32,000 bases of DNA from Nostoc sp. DedQUE08 (GTDB taxonomy: Bacteria; Cyanobacteriota; Cyanobacteriia; Cyanobacteriales; Nostocaceae), in assembly GCF_034530895.1 (NCBI RefSeq), contig NZ_JAVRCD010000005.1, positions 27,908 through 59,907 of the forward strand, written 5' to 3'. Position numbers and translations under genes: made by a program. The notes below the pieces were generated by a model. That model was given only the letters and a program-made list of their open reading frames with translations, did no database searches and was not told the DNA's origin. This document shows positions 7,904-16,028 of the stretch, one piece after another. Positions within the stretch are counted from its first letter, which is position 1; each line of letters opens with the position of its first letter.

Positions 7904-10345
7904 TTAACACTCCAAGTATTTTTTTATCACTAAATTTACTGGGCAATCAGGGTGTAAACAATGACGATGGCATTGCAACTTTTGTTGTTCGGCACGAATT
8001 TCATTAACGTGTTTCCTCAGTAACTTCCAAATGGTTTTTAGGCGTTCAGTTGGTGAGGTAACATTATCATCATCTTCGTTCAACAAGTCTTCCTTAATCT
8101 TACCAGAAGGTAGGAGAAATTCTACCCTGCCACTGTGTTCAATAATGCCAAAATCTACGTCTGCTGCTTTAATTACAGCCTGAACCACACACTTAGAGCC
8201 GCATTCTGCACCAAAGCTGGTTTGAATCTCCTCTAAATATTCATATCCTTCCTGATATCTTGAAGGGTAGAAAGGTTCAAAACGTTGAAAGTAGGCGCTG
8301 TCTTTTTGAAGAAATGTTAAATACTCGTCGTAGTTAAACAAGAAGTCTTTACGCCGATAAACTGTTTGACTGACACTCCCTTTGAGACGGCGTAGTATAG
8401 TTAACTCCATCCATGTAGCAAATCCTTCATTCAGGATAATACTACTTTGATGCAGAGCTTCAATTTCTGACTTGTATTCCTGATGCAGAAGTCTAGGATA
8501 GGGAGATTTCAATCCTTCGCTATCCACTTTACGAAGCAATCCATGACTGTATAAGATTGCTAGTTGCTGTCCTACTTTTGTATGCTTGTAGAAAAATCCG
8601 TGACCGTACTTTTCATGTAAAAGTAAGGCTGCAATATTACCTTCTAGCCATGTTTGACCGTAATGCTCATCTCCCTCTATACCCTGGAAATTATACGCTA
8701 ACTGTTGCTCAAAAAATTGATGTTCTTTGACAAGATGTGCTGCTAATTTTGGATCGTAGGGAATACAACAACCATATAGGGGTGAATAAGTAGGCGCAAT
8801 CCACTGTAGTAATTTTTCAACTAGTGGTGAAAAACGCTTAGTTTCAGCTCTGGCTGCTTGTAGAGCTTCTAGGAGTTGCTCTTTGGTACTGTAGTTATAA
8901 AGGCGATTGACTTGTTCTTCAGGAGTCAACAATTCAAAGGGAATTTCTCGTATTTCTTCACTATCAAACTCTTGGCGTATTTGAGATACTTGATAATGAA
9001 TTTCTGCTGCTAAGGGTGTCACTACGTCGCGTTGTATTTTTTCAATTTTGGTCTTTGCAGATGGATATGCATGAACCAGGCGAGTAATTTTTTGATTAAT
9101 ATAGCTGATATGGAGAGTAATTAACCAATCCCCTGGATCTAAGACTGTCAAATACCATCGTTCTGTTGATATTTGTTCTACTTTAATATGAGTTAGGGGA
9201 CACTCTAGCTGCATTCTTAAGGGAACAGCTTTTGCATGATTCTTCCAACGAGCGATCGCCTGTACTTCAAAAGTAACTCCAGTTTCGACAATTTCTTGAG
9301 CTTTTCCTTGAGGATTGAGGAATACAAGGTCAAATTCTGCATCTGGTATACACTGGAATTGAGCAACTGGAGCGAGAAACAAAGATGAGGTTTTACTAGT
9401 TTCTGAATTACCTGGTTCGGGAATATCTATAGTTAATCTGAGAGTTTGCTGTCCTATTTGCTGAGGAATAACAGTCCATTGCAATTGAGTTTTTCCGTTC
9501 CCTGGAAGAAAACGAATTTTTTTGCTTGGTTCTTGAATTAGAATATCTGTATCTGACTCTAACACACAAGTTATATTCTCTAAACGTTGCAATTTGGGGT
9601 TAGCAATAACAATTGAAAATTTTGCACTTTGTTTGTAATTTACTTCTGTAGCAATACGAGCATCACGACAGTCTAAGGAATTTTGATGAGCTAGCCAACA
9701 AAGGATATTTGATGCTAGTTTTCTGTTATTACCAGTATCAATATATTTATCGCTAAAGATTAAATAATTTCCTAAAATTGCTACTCGTCCTGATTGATTA
9801 CTTCCATCCACTTCCAGCGCAGCGAGTAAAGTTTTGCCAGTATCAGGCAAAGTAGCAATTATATCAACTGGATAAGGAGAATTGGATAGTGTTTTGATAT
9901 AAACAGGCTCTCTAATCTTTAATTGAGATACTTCAGAACTAATATAGTGTGGTAATAAGTTAAATACTTGTTCTGGAGGATGATTTAATAACTCTTCAAA
10001 GCGTAATCCTAAAGATTCTAAGACAAAATTTATGCTGTCATCTTTTATAACAAGCGATTCCTGGTCACTTGCAATTAGAAGTGAGTTTCCTTGTTTGACA
10101 AAACTAACTATTGCTTTCACTTCCTCTGCACTCAAAGGAGATTTAGGAGCAGCCAGAATTAGCATCTGAAAATCTTGAAGTACCTGACGAGTCAGCAGTT
10201 CCTTTTTAAAGGAGATTGCATTATCACCAAATAACTGTTTTACCTGACTGCACAGGATTGTCCATGCTTCTTTTGGAGTATTGTCTCCCTGCGACTGTGA
10301 ACAGGACAACTGGTCATGAGATTCATCAAATAGAATTTTTATCAC
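7904..10345 (-). CDS. Large multidomain protein: DUF4350/GldG-like N-terminus, Ig-like middle, zincin-like (HExxGH ... NEGFA) C-terminal region, terminal Cys/His cluster
   Basis: 813-aa ORF with a GTG start. 'ILFDESHDQ...MLILAAPKSPLSAEEVKAIVSFVKQGNSLLIASD' resembles the DUF4350/GldG N-domain. 'HEKYGH' lies at nt 8600-8617 and 'NEGFA' at 8417-8431. 'CHRHCLHPDC' lies at 7943-7972. I saw no signal peptide and no Walker A motif. Confidence 0.75.
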   Translation of the reverse strand: MIKILFDESHDQLSCSQSQGDNTPKEAWTILCSQVKQLFGDNAISFKKELLTRQVLQDFQMLILAAPKSPLSAEEVKAIVSFVKQGNSLLIASDQESLVIKDDSINFVLESLGLRFEELLNHPPEQVFNLLPHYISSEVSQLKIREPVYIKTLSNSPYPVDIIATLPDTGKTLLAALEVDGSNQSGRVAILGNYLIFSDKYIDTGNNRKLASNILCWLAHQNSLDCRDARIATEVNYKQSAKFSIVIANPKLQRLENITCVLESDTDILIQEPSKKIRFLPGNGKTQLQWTVIPQQIGQQTLRLTIDIPEPGNSETSKTSSLFLAPVAQFQCIPDAEFDLVFLNPQGKAQEIVETGVTFEVQAIARWKNHAKAVPLRMQLECPLTHIKVEQISTERWYLTVLDPGDWLITLHISYINQKITRLVHAYPSAKTKIEKIQRDVVTPLAAEIHYQVSQIRQEFDSEEIREIPFELLTPEEQVNRLYNYSTKEQLLEALQAARAETKRFSPLVEKLLQWIAPTYSPLYGCCIPYDPKLAAHLVKEHQFFEQQLAYNFQGIEGDEHYGQTWLEGNIAALLLHEKYGHGFFYKHTKVGQQLAILYSHGLLRKVDSEGLKSPYPRLLHQEYKSEIEALHQSSIILNEGFATWMELTILRRLKGSVSQTVYRRKDFLFNYDEYLTFLQKDSAYFQRFEPFYPSRYQEGYEYLEEIQTSFGAECGSKCVVQAVIKAADVDFGIIEHSGRVEFLLPSGKIKEDLLNEDDDNVTSPTERLKTIWKLLRKHVNEIRAEQQKLQCHRHCLHPDCPVNLVIKKYLEC

Positions 10346-10588
10346 TGGAGTTTTAAGTGCATCAATGAGCTTTTATTGTATTGTCTTAAGTGCCATCTGA
10401 AACACTTAGTATAGTAGATTTTATGAGCTTGGCAAGTAGTTTATAAAAAAGTCCATATTGAGTGAAATCAATGACTTTATAGCCACCGTCAACAACTTCA
10501 CCCTTGTGGCTGCTATTAAAGCCTTAAACTCTACCCATACTAGGTGTTTACACCTTTGGCGATCGCTCTTACAGGAAAACAAATGAAT

Positions 10589-11302
10589 TTAACCCAATGC
10601 AGATAACAAAAGTTTTTGCCAAATAGGCGCTAGAACCGCTTTCACAACGATATCCGCAATCACAAAACCAATTCCAATCAACATATAAGTTTTCGCAAAG
10701 GGAGACTTTGGAACTTCGCCTCTGATGCGAGTTATTAGATTTAATCCTAAAGCAGCTAAAGCCACCCCAGTTGCAATAAACCCGATTATCCGCAAAATTG
10801 ACCACGGATACCACCCTAAAATAGCTGCTAGCCAGGGTTTAGCACTGATTTTTACTAATTCTGCAACATAAAAATTCATGTAGTTTAGCATCCAAGTGCC
10901 GAATATCAATGCCGCACTACTTAAGGTGATAACGCAGAGAATACAAAAAATTCCGTAGTGCAATAAATGGTTTGGTAAAAATAAACGGATTGTTCCTTCC
11001 ATACCTTCTCCCGTGCGAATCCAGTGGAACATCTCTGTAGTGTATGACTGTCCGCGGAGAATGACTTTTGCTGCTGTTTGTGGCGCGATTGTTGTTGCTA
11101 TAATCACGGCAATACTCTGCAAAACTCCCCACAATAACATCCACCAAAAAGCACTTTTATATTCTTGACGACGCACTTGTAAAAAGAAAATGGGATAGGG
11201 GACAGCAGCACCTAAAATTGGCATCAACCAAGGAACTTCAAAAACAAAACTCGCAGTTGTGCTGAGGATAACACCAATCACTAAAAAGGTTAGTATCATC
11301 AT
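10589..11302 (-). CDS. Polytopic integral membrane protein (about 6 TM helices), unknown family
   Basis: 237-aa ORF made almost entirely of hydrophobic helices ('MMILTFLVIGVILSTTASFVF', 'WMLLWGVLQSIAVIIATTI', 'IFCILCVITLSSAALIFGTWM' and others). Confidence 0.75.
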   Translation of the reverse strand: MMILTFLVIGVILSTTASFVFEVPWLMPILGAAVPYPIFFLQVRRQEYKSAFWWMLLWGVLQSIAVIIATTIAPQTAAKVILRGQSYTTEMFHWIRTGEGMEGTIRLFLPNHLLHYGIFCILCVITLSSAALIFGTWMLNYMNFYVAELVKISAKPWLAAILGWYPWSILRIIGFIATGVALAALGLNLITRIRGEVPKSPFAKTYMLIGIGFVIADIVVKAVLAPIWQKLLLSALG

Positions 11303-11844
11303 AAGTTATTCAAAAATAAGAAATATTTTGTAGTCTTTATTATCCTCAATACTTGCGTTATAAAAATAATTATTTAACAAGTTATAAATTTTTCAAAATC
11401 TTGTATCTATGCTAAAAAAGTTTCTCGTAATTCTGCAATAGTGTGGAAATATTGCAACTCAATAAGCCGAGACCTCAATAGCTTGTAGCCATCTATCGCC
11501 CTGATATTTGCAATCCTCTATGTAAAGAAAAATCTATAGGGAAGACATATTAATTAAATGCATACATATGAAATTTAGTCAATAGAATTATTGGCATTTG
11601 TCCGGGAAAAGGGTAAAGAAACTTAAAATCCTTTCCCTTTAACCTTTACCCTTTCCCCTAAGAGTGCAAAAATATATTTTTGCAAGAGGTCTAATAGTTT
11701 TTACCTCTTTTTCGTCCCTTATCCGAAAGCGCTGACAACCTAAAATTTTGTTTCAAACTGCTAAACTCCGACTGGGAAATAGGGGTTTTATGTCATGATG
11801 GCATACTAGAATATATATGCTTTTCTAACTACAGGGAATCTCAC

Positions 11845-12483
11845 ATGGCTCTCCGTCTAGGTGACACAGTACCCAACTTTACGCAAGCCTCAACACACGG
11901 CGACATCGATTTTTACCAATGGGCAGGTGACAGCTGGGTTGTGCTGTTCTCTCACCCTGCTGATTTTACACCTGTTTGTACAACAGAACTCGGCACAGTT
12001 GCCAAGCTAAAACCAGAATTTGATAAGCGCAATGTCAAAGCGATCGCACTCAGCGTTGATGACGTAGAATCCCATAAAGGCTGGGTGGGAGACATTGAAG
12101 AAACTCAAAGCACCACTCTTAACTACCCGATTTTGGCAGATGCAGATCGCAAGGTTGCCGATCTGTACGACATGATCCACCCCAATGCTAATGCGGCTGT
12201 GACAGTGCGATCGGTTTTCGTGATTGACCCCAATAAGAAACTCCGCCTGAGTTTCACCTATCCTCCCAGCACAGGACGCAATTTTGATGAACTTTTGCGG
12301 GTAATTGATTCTCTGCAATTGACTGATAATTACAGCGTGGCAACACCAGCTGACTGGAAAGATGGAGAGGATGTTGTAATTGTCCCTTCATTGAAAGATC
12401 CAGAAGTACTCAAACAGAAATTCCCCAAAGGTTATGAAGAAATCAAACCCTATCTGCGGATGACTCCTCAGCCTAACAAGTAA
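11845..12483 (+). CDS. 1-Cys peroxiredoxin (Prx6-type)
   Basis: 'MALRLGDTVPNF...WVVLFSHPADFTPVCTTELG' carries the peroxidatic Cys motif. 212 aa, with the long C-terminal extension typical of 1-Cys Prx. Confidence 0.93.
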   Translation: MALRLGDTVPNFTQASTHGDIDFYQWAGDSWVVLFSHPADFTPVCTTELGTVAKLKPEFDKRNVKAIALSVDDVESHKGWVGDIEETQSTTLNYPILADADRKVADLYDMIHPNANAAVTVRSVFVIDPNKKLRLSFTYPPSTGRNFDELLRVIDSLQLTDNYSVATPADWKDGEDVVIVPSLKDPEVLKQKFPKGYEEIKPYLRMTPQPNK

Positions 12484-12510
12484 ATCTGAAAATGATTTCT
12501 GATAAAAAGC

Positions 12511-12548
12511 AAGGGCGCAAAGATATAATTTTGCGCCTTTGTTTTTTT
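12511..12548 (+). terminator. Intrinsic terminator of the peroxiredoxin gene
   Basis: The stem AAGGGCGCAA (12511-12520) pairs with TTGCGCCTTT (12531-12540), with one G-U pair. It is followed by GTTTTTTT, about 30 nt after the stop codon. Confidence 0.7.
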
Positions 12549-12599
12549 GCGTGAGAATATAGTCATTGGGCTAGGTATCTGAAGCTGGAGGAAATCCTT

Positions 12600-13184
12600 A
12601 TGTTCTCATCTCCTTTGGTTTTGCAAATTCCGTCATCAATGCAAATGACAGACGAACAATTTTTTGAATTCTGTCAGGTGAATCGTGACTTACGCATTGA
12701 GCGCAATAAATTTGGAGAATTGGTAATTATGCCTCCTACTGGTTCAGAGACAGGAAATCGAGAAGGTAACATATTTGGGCAATTGTGGGTTTGGTCAGAA
12801 CAAGATGGCACAGGTATAACTTTTAGCTCTAGTACTGGGTTTAAGCTATCAACAGGTGCAGAACGCTCTCCAGATGCTTCCTGGATTAAACTAGAACGCT
12901 GGAATGCTCTGTCTCCAGAACAGCAGCGAAAGTTTGCTCCCATTTGTCCAGATTTTGTAGTCGAACTCAAATCTCCTAGCGACAACCTCCAGACTTTAAA
13001 GGAAAAAATGGAGGAATATATGAATGAGCCAGGAATACAGTTAGGCTGGTTAATTGACCGTAAGCAGCGTAAAGTTTATATTTATCGTCCTGGATTGCCA
13101 GAAGAATGTTTAGATAATCCTGCTAGTGTAAGCGGCGAGTTGGTATTGCCTGGGTTTATTTTGAATATGAGTAAAATTTGGTGA
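12600..13184 (+). CDS. Uma2-family (DUF820) PD-(D/E)xK endonuclease
   Basis: 'MTDEQFFEFCQVN...ELVIMPPTG...ERSPDASW...CPDFVVELKSPSD...KVYIYRP' is the pattern of the highly expanded cyanobacterial Uma2 family. Confidence 0.88.
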   Translation: MFSSPLVLQIPSSMQMTDEQFFEFCQVNRDLRIERNKFGELVIMPPTGSETGNREGNIFGQLWVWSEQDGTGITFSSSTGFKLSTGAERSPDASWIKLERWNALSPEQQRKFAPICPDFVVELKSPSDNLQTLKEKMEEYMNEPGIQLGWLIDRKQRKVYIYRPGLPEECLDNPASVSGELVLPGFILNMSKIW

Positions 13185-13213
13185 GAAAATTTTATCGAAC
13201 AGAATACATAATA

Positions 13214-13912
13214 TTACTTGTTGTACCAAGCTTTTCGCCACTGTTGCATTTGTTTAATTTCTATATCTTGGGCTTTAACAATTTCTTGGGCTAATTTCTT
13301 GATTTCAGGGCGTTTCGACTTACTTAAGGCATCTTGCACCATTGTTACAGCCCCTTCATGGTGAGGAATCATCGCATTGATAAAGCGCAGATCGAATTCC
13401 GCATCAGCTGCACCTAAATCTTGACTCATCATCATAGTTTTCATTTGGTCAGATGACATTTCCATCATGTGGCCCATTTGACTGTTGTAAGCCATTGGTT
13501 TATCTCCCGCTTTGGGATACCAAGTTTGTCGCCACTGCTTCATCTGAGTGATTTCTTGGTTTTGCGATTTGATGATATTGTCTGCTAGCTTTTTGATTTC
13601 AGGACGTTTTGATTTCTGTTGCGCAACATTCGCCATTTCCACAGCCCCTTGATGGTGCGGTATCATAGCGTCGATAAATCGTAAATCAAAATTAGCATCG
13701 GCTGGGCCTAAATCCATTCCCATACTGTGATTCGTCATGCCACCACCGTGATTCATCATCTGCTTGTCATTAGCATTGCTGGTGGTTTCCTTTGGCGCTT
13801 GGCTTTGGTTCTGGGAAGCAGTATTGTTACAGCCTGTAATTAACCCACCAGTTGAAGCGATCGCAACAAAAGTTAACGCTAAAAAGCCATTCCTTAAAAA
13901 TAGCAGTTGCAT
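13214..13912 (-). CDS. DUF305-family lipoprotein (two DUF305 half-domains, Met/His-rich linkers)
   Basis: Signal peptide with a lipobox ('GGLITGCNN'). It contains duplicated 'FDLRFI(D/N)AMIPHH(Q/E)GAV.M' and duplicated 'SKRPEIKKLA..I(I/V)K.Q..EI.QM.QWR..WY' segments. Confidence 0.88.
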   Translation of the reverse strand: MQLLFLRNGFLALTFVAIASTGGLITGCNNTASQNQSQAPKETTSNANDKQMMNHGGGMTNHSMGMDLGPADANFDLRFIDAMIPHHQGAVEMANVAQQKSKRPEIKKLADNIIKSQNQEITQMKQWRQTWYPKAGDKPMAYNSQMGHMMEMSSDQMKTMMMSQDLGAADAEFDLRFINAMIPHHEGAVTMVQDALSKSKRPEIKKLAQEIVKAQDIEIKQMQQWRKAWYNK

Positions 13913-14363
13913 AAATCTTACTTAACATATTTCTAATTTTAACGATCTAATAATCCAATGAAATTAAGATAAAATCTAAAGATTCCCGACAACTTATTTT
14001 TATAAAACCAGGGATTTTGTTTCTCATTGCACTGGTTGCTCATGCCTATACTCGGTACATAGGAGATTTATCGGGTTTACGAGCGATCGCTAATGTCTGA
14101 ACCTGCTACTGTAAAATCGATTACTGACGGTATTTCAGAAAACTAAGTTATTTTGAACAAGAACGTTTACGTGCCGAAGAGGCAGAAGAACGCGCTAAAC
14201 AAGCAGAGCAAGAAATTGCTCGACTGCGGGAGGCTTTACGTATACAGGGCATCGACCTAGAGAATATTATGATGACACGAGGAAATTAATTAAATACATT
14301 TTCAAGTTAAGATCTAGTTATCAATGTGTAAAAAAGTGTAATCTTCTGAAAGTAGGGCATCGT

Positions 14364-15053
14364 TTGCAAGCAACAGAAATTAAGGATCGGTTAAAGTCCC
14401 TTATCGAGCAAGCCTCCTCGATAGATCATAATCTAGCGAGAAGATTAGAAGAAATCAATCGTTGGGTAAAAGACATCAAGCCAGGTTCTCTGACTGCAAA
14501 ACCCTTTGTAATTGCCTTTCTGCTAGAGGTGATTACAGATTCCACGATTTGGCTGATGATTAAATCCTTACCTTCAGAAGAGGAACAAAAAGCAAAGTTC
14601 GAGCTGATGACGCCGATTGAGAGATATTGGTATGGTTATTTATTTCCCAGATGGTTCAATGCAAGTGACTCCAAGTTTTATATTTGGAAACAAAAATTAA
14701 TGGCAGGCGAGTTTAATCAGGTTGATGATGATATCATTAGATCGATAGCCCAAGATATTGTTCAGCGAGAAGGTAGTTTTTGGCAGCGTTATATAGCCGA
14801 CCTTTCAATGGCAACAGATTTAATTGTTAGTCGTAACAATCAACCACTGTGCATTCAAGTTACCAGTGTTAGTGAAGAACTTAATCACCAAAAGTATGAA
14901 GCTTGGCAAAATACACTGCGATCGTGGGAAATCGAGAGGGGGCTGTTCTTAAGTTACAATCCCAAAGATGCTAATTTTGTCAACCAGTTAGTCAACGTGG
15001 CCCTGTATAACAGTGATTACCTTTCTGGTGGCAAATATTTAAAATTTTCGTGA
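14364..15053 (+). CDS. Hypothetical protein (229 aa)
   Basis: Open frame with only a TTG start available. I recognise no family. The C-terminal 'DLIVSRNNQPLCIQVTS' has the spacing of a degenerate PD-(D/E)xK core but lacks the acidic and Lys residues. Confidence 0.5.
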   Translation: MQATEIKDRLKSLIEQASSIDHNLARRLEEINRWVKDIKPGSLTAKPFVIAFLLEVITDSTIWLMIKSLPSEEEQKAKFELMTPIERYWYGYLFPRWFNASDSKFYIWKQKLMAGEFNQVDDDIIRSIAQDIVQREGSFWQRYIADLSMATDLIVSRNNQPLCIQVTSVSEELNHQKYEAWQNTLRSWEIERGLFLSYNPKDANFVNQLVNVALYNSDYLSGGKYLKFS

Positions 15054-15081
15054 TTTTTCAGGAATTTCATATTTCAGATTT

Positions 15082-15543
15082 GTGTCTAGCCTATATACTT
15101 ACGTGCTAATTACAGCTTTTATGCCTAATAAAAGAGAAACTCACTGCAACAATCAAGTAGATACATTTGCTGAGGCTTTAGCGACGGCGCGACAAATGCA
15201 GCAAAACTGGCTAACTTATGGGGTTGATTTTGTGAATATTTACGTTGAAGATGTGGAGGGAGACTGGCTAGAAACGTGGGGACATGATGAAATATTAGGT
15301 AATTTTCAATTAGATACTATCAAAGAATTTCTGGTAAGTAATGATAGTGTAGCTGTGAAAGTAAGAGAGCATTTAGGAGAGCGATCGCTGTTTGATTTTG
15401 CCGTAAACTTAGATGAATCTTGGAGAATTTCTGAAGTAGATGACAGGCTATCTGCTGTGATAAACTTGTTAGCTGGTGAAGAAAATAGTATTGATACAGA
15501 TTTAGCAAATAGTCTGCTGGTAAAGTTGGCAGAGATTTTGTGA
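15082..15543 (+). CDS. Hypothetical acidic protein (153 aa)
   Basis: Same strand as, and 28 nt after, the previous ORF. GTG start at 15082, or ATG at 15121 (MPNKRETH...). I recognise no family. Confidence 0.5.
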   Translation: MSSLYTYVLITAFMPNKRETHCNNQVDTFAEALATARQMQQNWLTYGVDFVNIYVEDVEGDWLETWGHDEILGNFQLDTIKEFLVSNDSVAVKVREHLGERSLFDFAVNLDESWRISEVDDRLSAVINLLAGEENSIDTDLANSLLVKLAEIL

Positions 15544-15684
15544 AATTTGGAATTAAATTGTAGTAAATTGCTTCCAGATGCTATTTACATCTGTCCTATT
15601 TAAATCCTCAACGTAGATTTGGGATAAAAATCTTACGTAGAAACGAGGTAGGATAAGCAAAGGCTGGGGCGGCTCATAATTATA

Positions 15685-15915
15685 AATATCGAAGCATTTG
15701 TGATAAACATTCAAATGTTTCTTATCAATGTTCAAGCAATTGTGACTAACATTCAAACATTGATAAAAAACGTTTAAGCATTTGTGGTAAACACTCAAAT
15801 ATTGCTTATCAATGTTGAAACAATTGTGACTAACATTTAAGCATTTATTACGAACATTCAAATGTTGCTTATCAATGTTGAAACAATTGTAACTAATGTT
15901 GAAAGTTTTCCCTGA
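15685..15915. repeat. Tandem array of eleven 21-bp units (consensus about AAYRTTNAARCAWTTGTRAYN) with a 63-bp higher-order period
   Basis: Splitting the region by hand into 21-mers gives 11 aligned units. Units 2/6/9, 3/7/10 and 1/5/8 are near-identical triplets. Units contain short inverted repeats such as AACATT-N2-AATGTT and CAATTG. A 127-aa minus-strand ORF (15553..15936) reads through the array as a 7-aa repeat. Confidence 0.9.
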
Positions 15916-16028
15916 CAGCCTACCTTCAACTTTCACCAGAGAAACTGGATTAGCCTCTATCTATCTGGAATCTAAACATCTGTTATTGTATCCATCAGTG
16001 AAGATGTCGCCAGATAAGGTAGGATAAT

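Noticed and set aside
3600-10400. Mobility signatures (integrase, transposase, tRNA attachment site, flanking direct repeats) for the AT-rich island
   Set aside because: I recognised none by eye, so the island is not called a mobile element. Its foreign origin rests only on composition and HIP1/STRR depletion.
15685-15915. Possible CRISPR arrays (this array and the one at 18711-18854)
   Set aside because: The units are contiguous with no unique spacers. At 21 bp they are shorter than CRISPR repeats, and no cas genes are present.
15553-15936. 127-aa minus-strand ORF as a confident protein-coding gene
   Set aside because: Most of its length is the 21-bp array, so its openness may be a by-product of repeat amplification. 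I kept it only as an alternative hypothesis in the findings.
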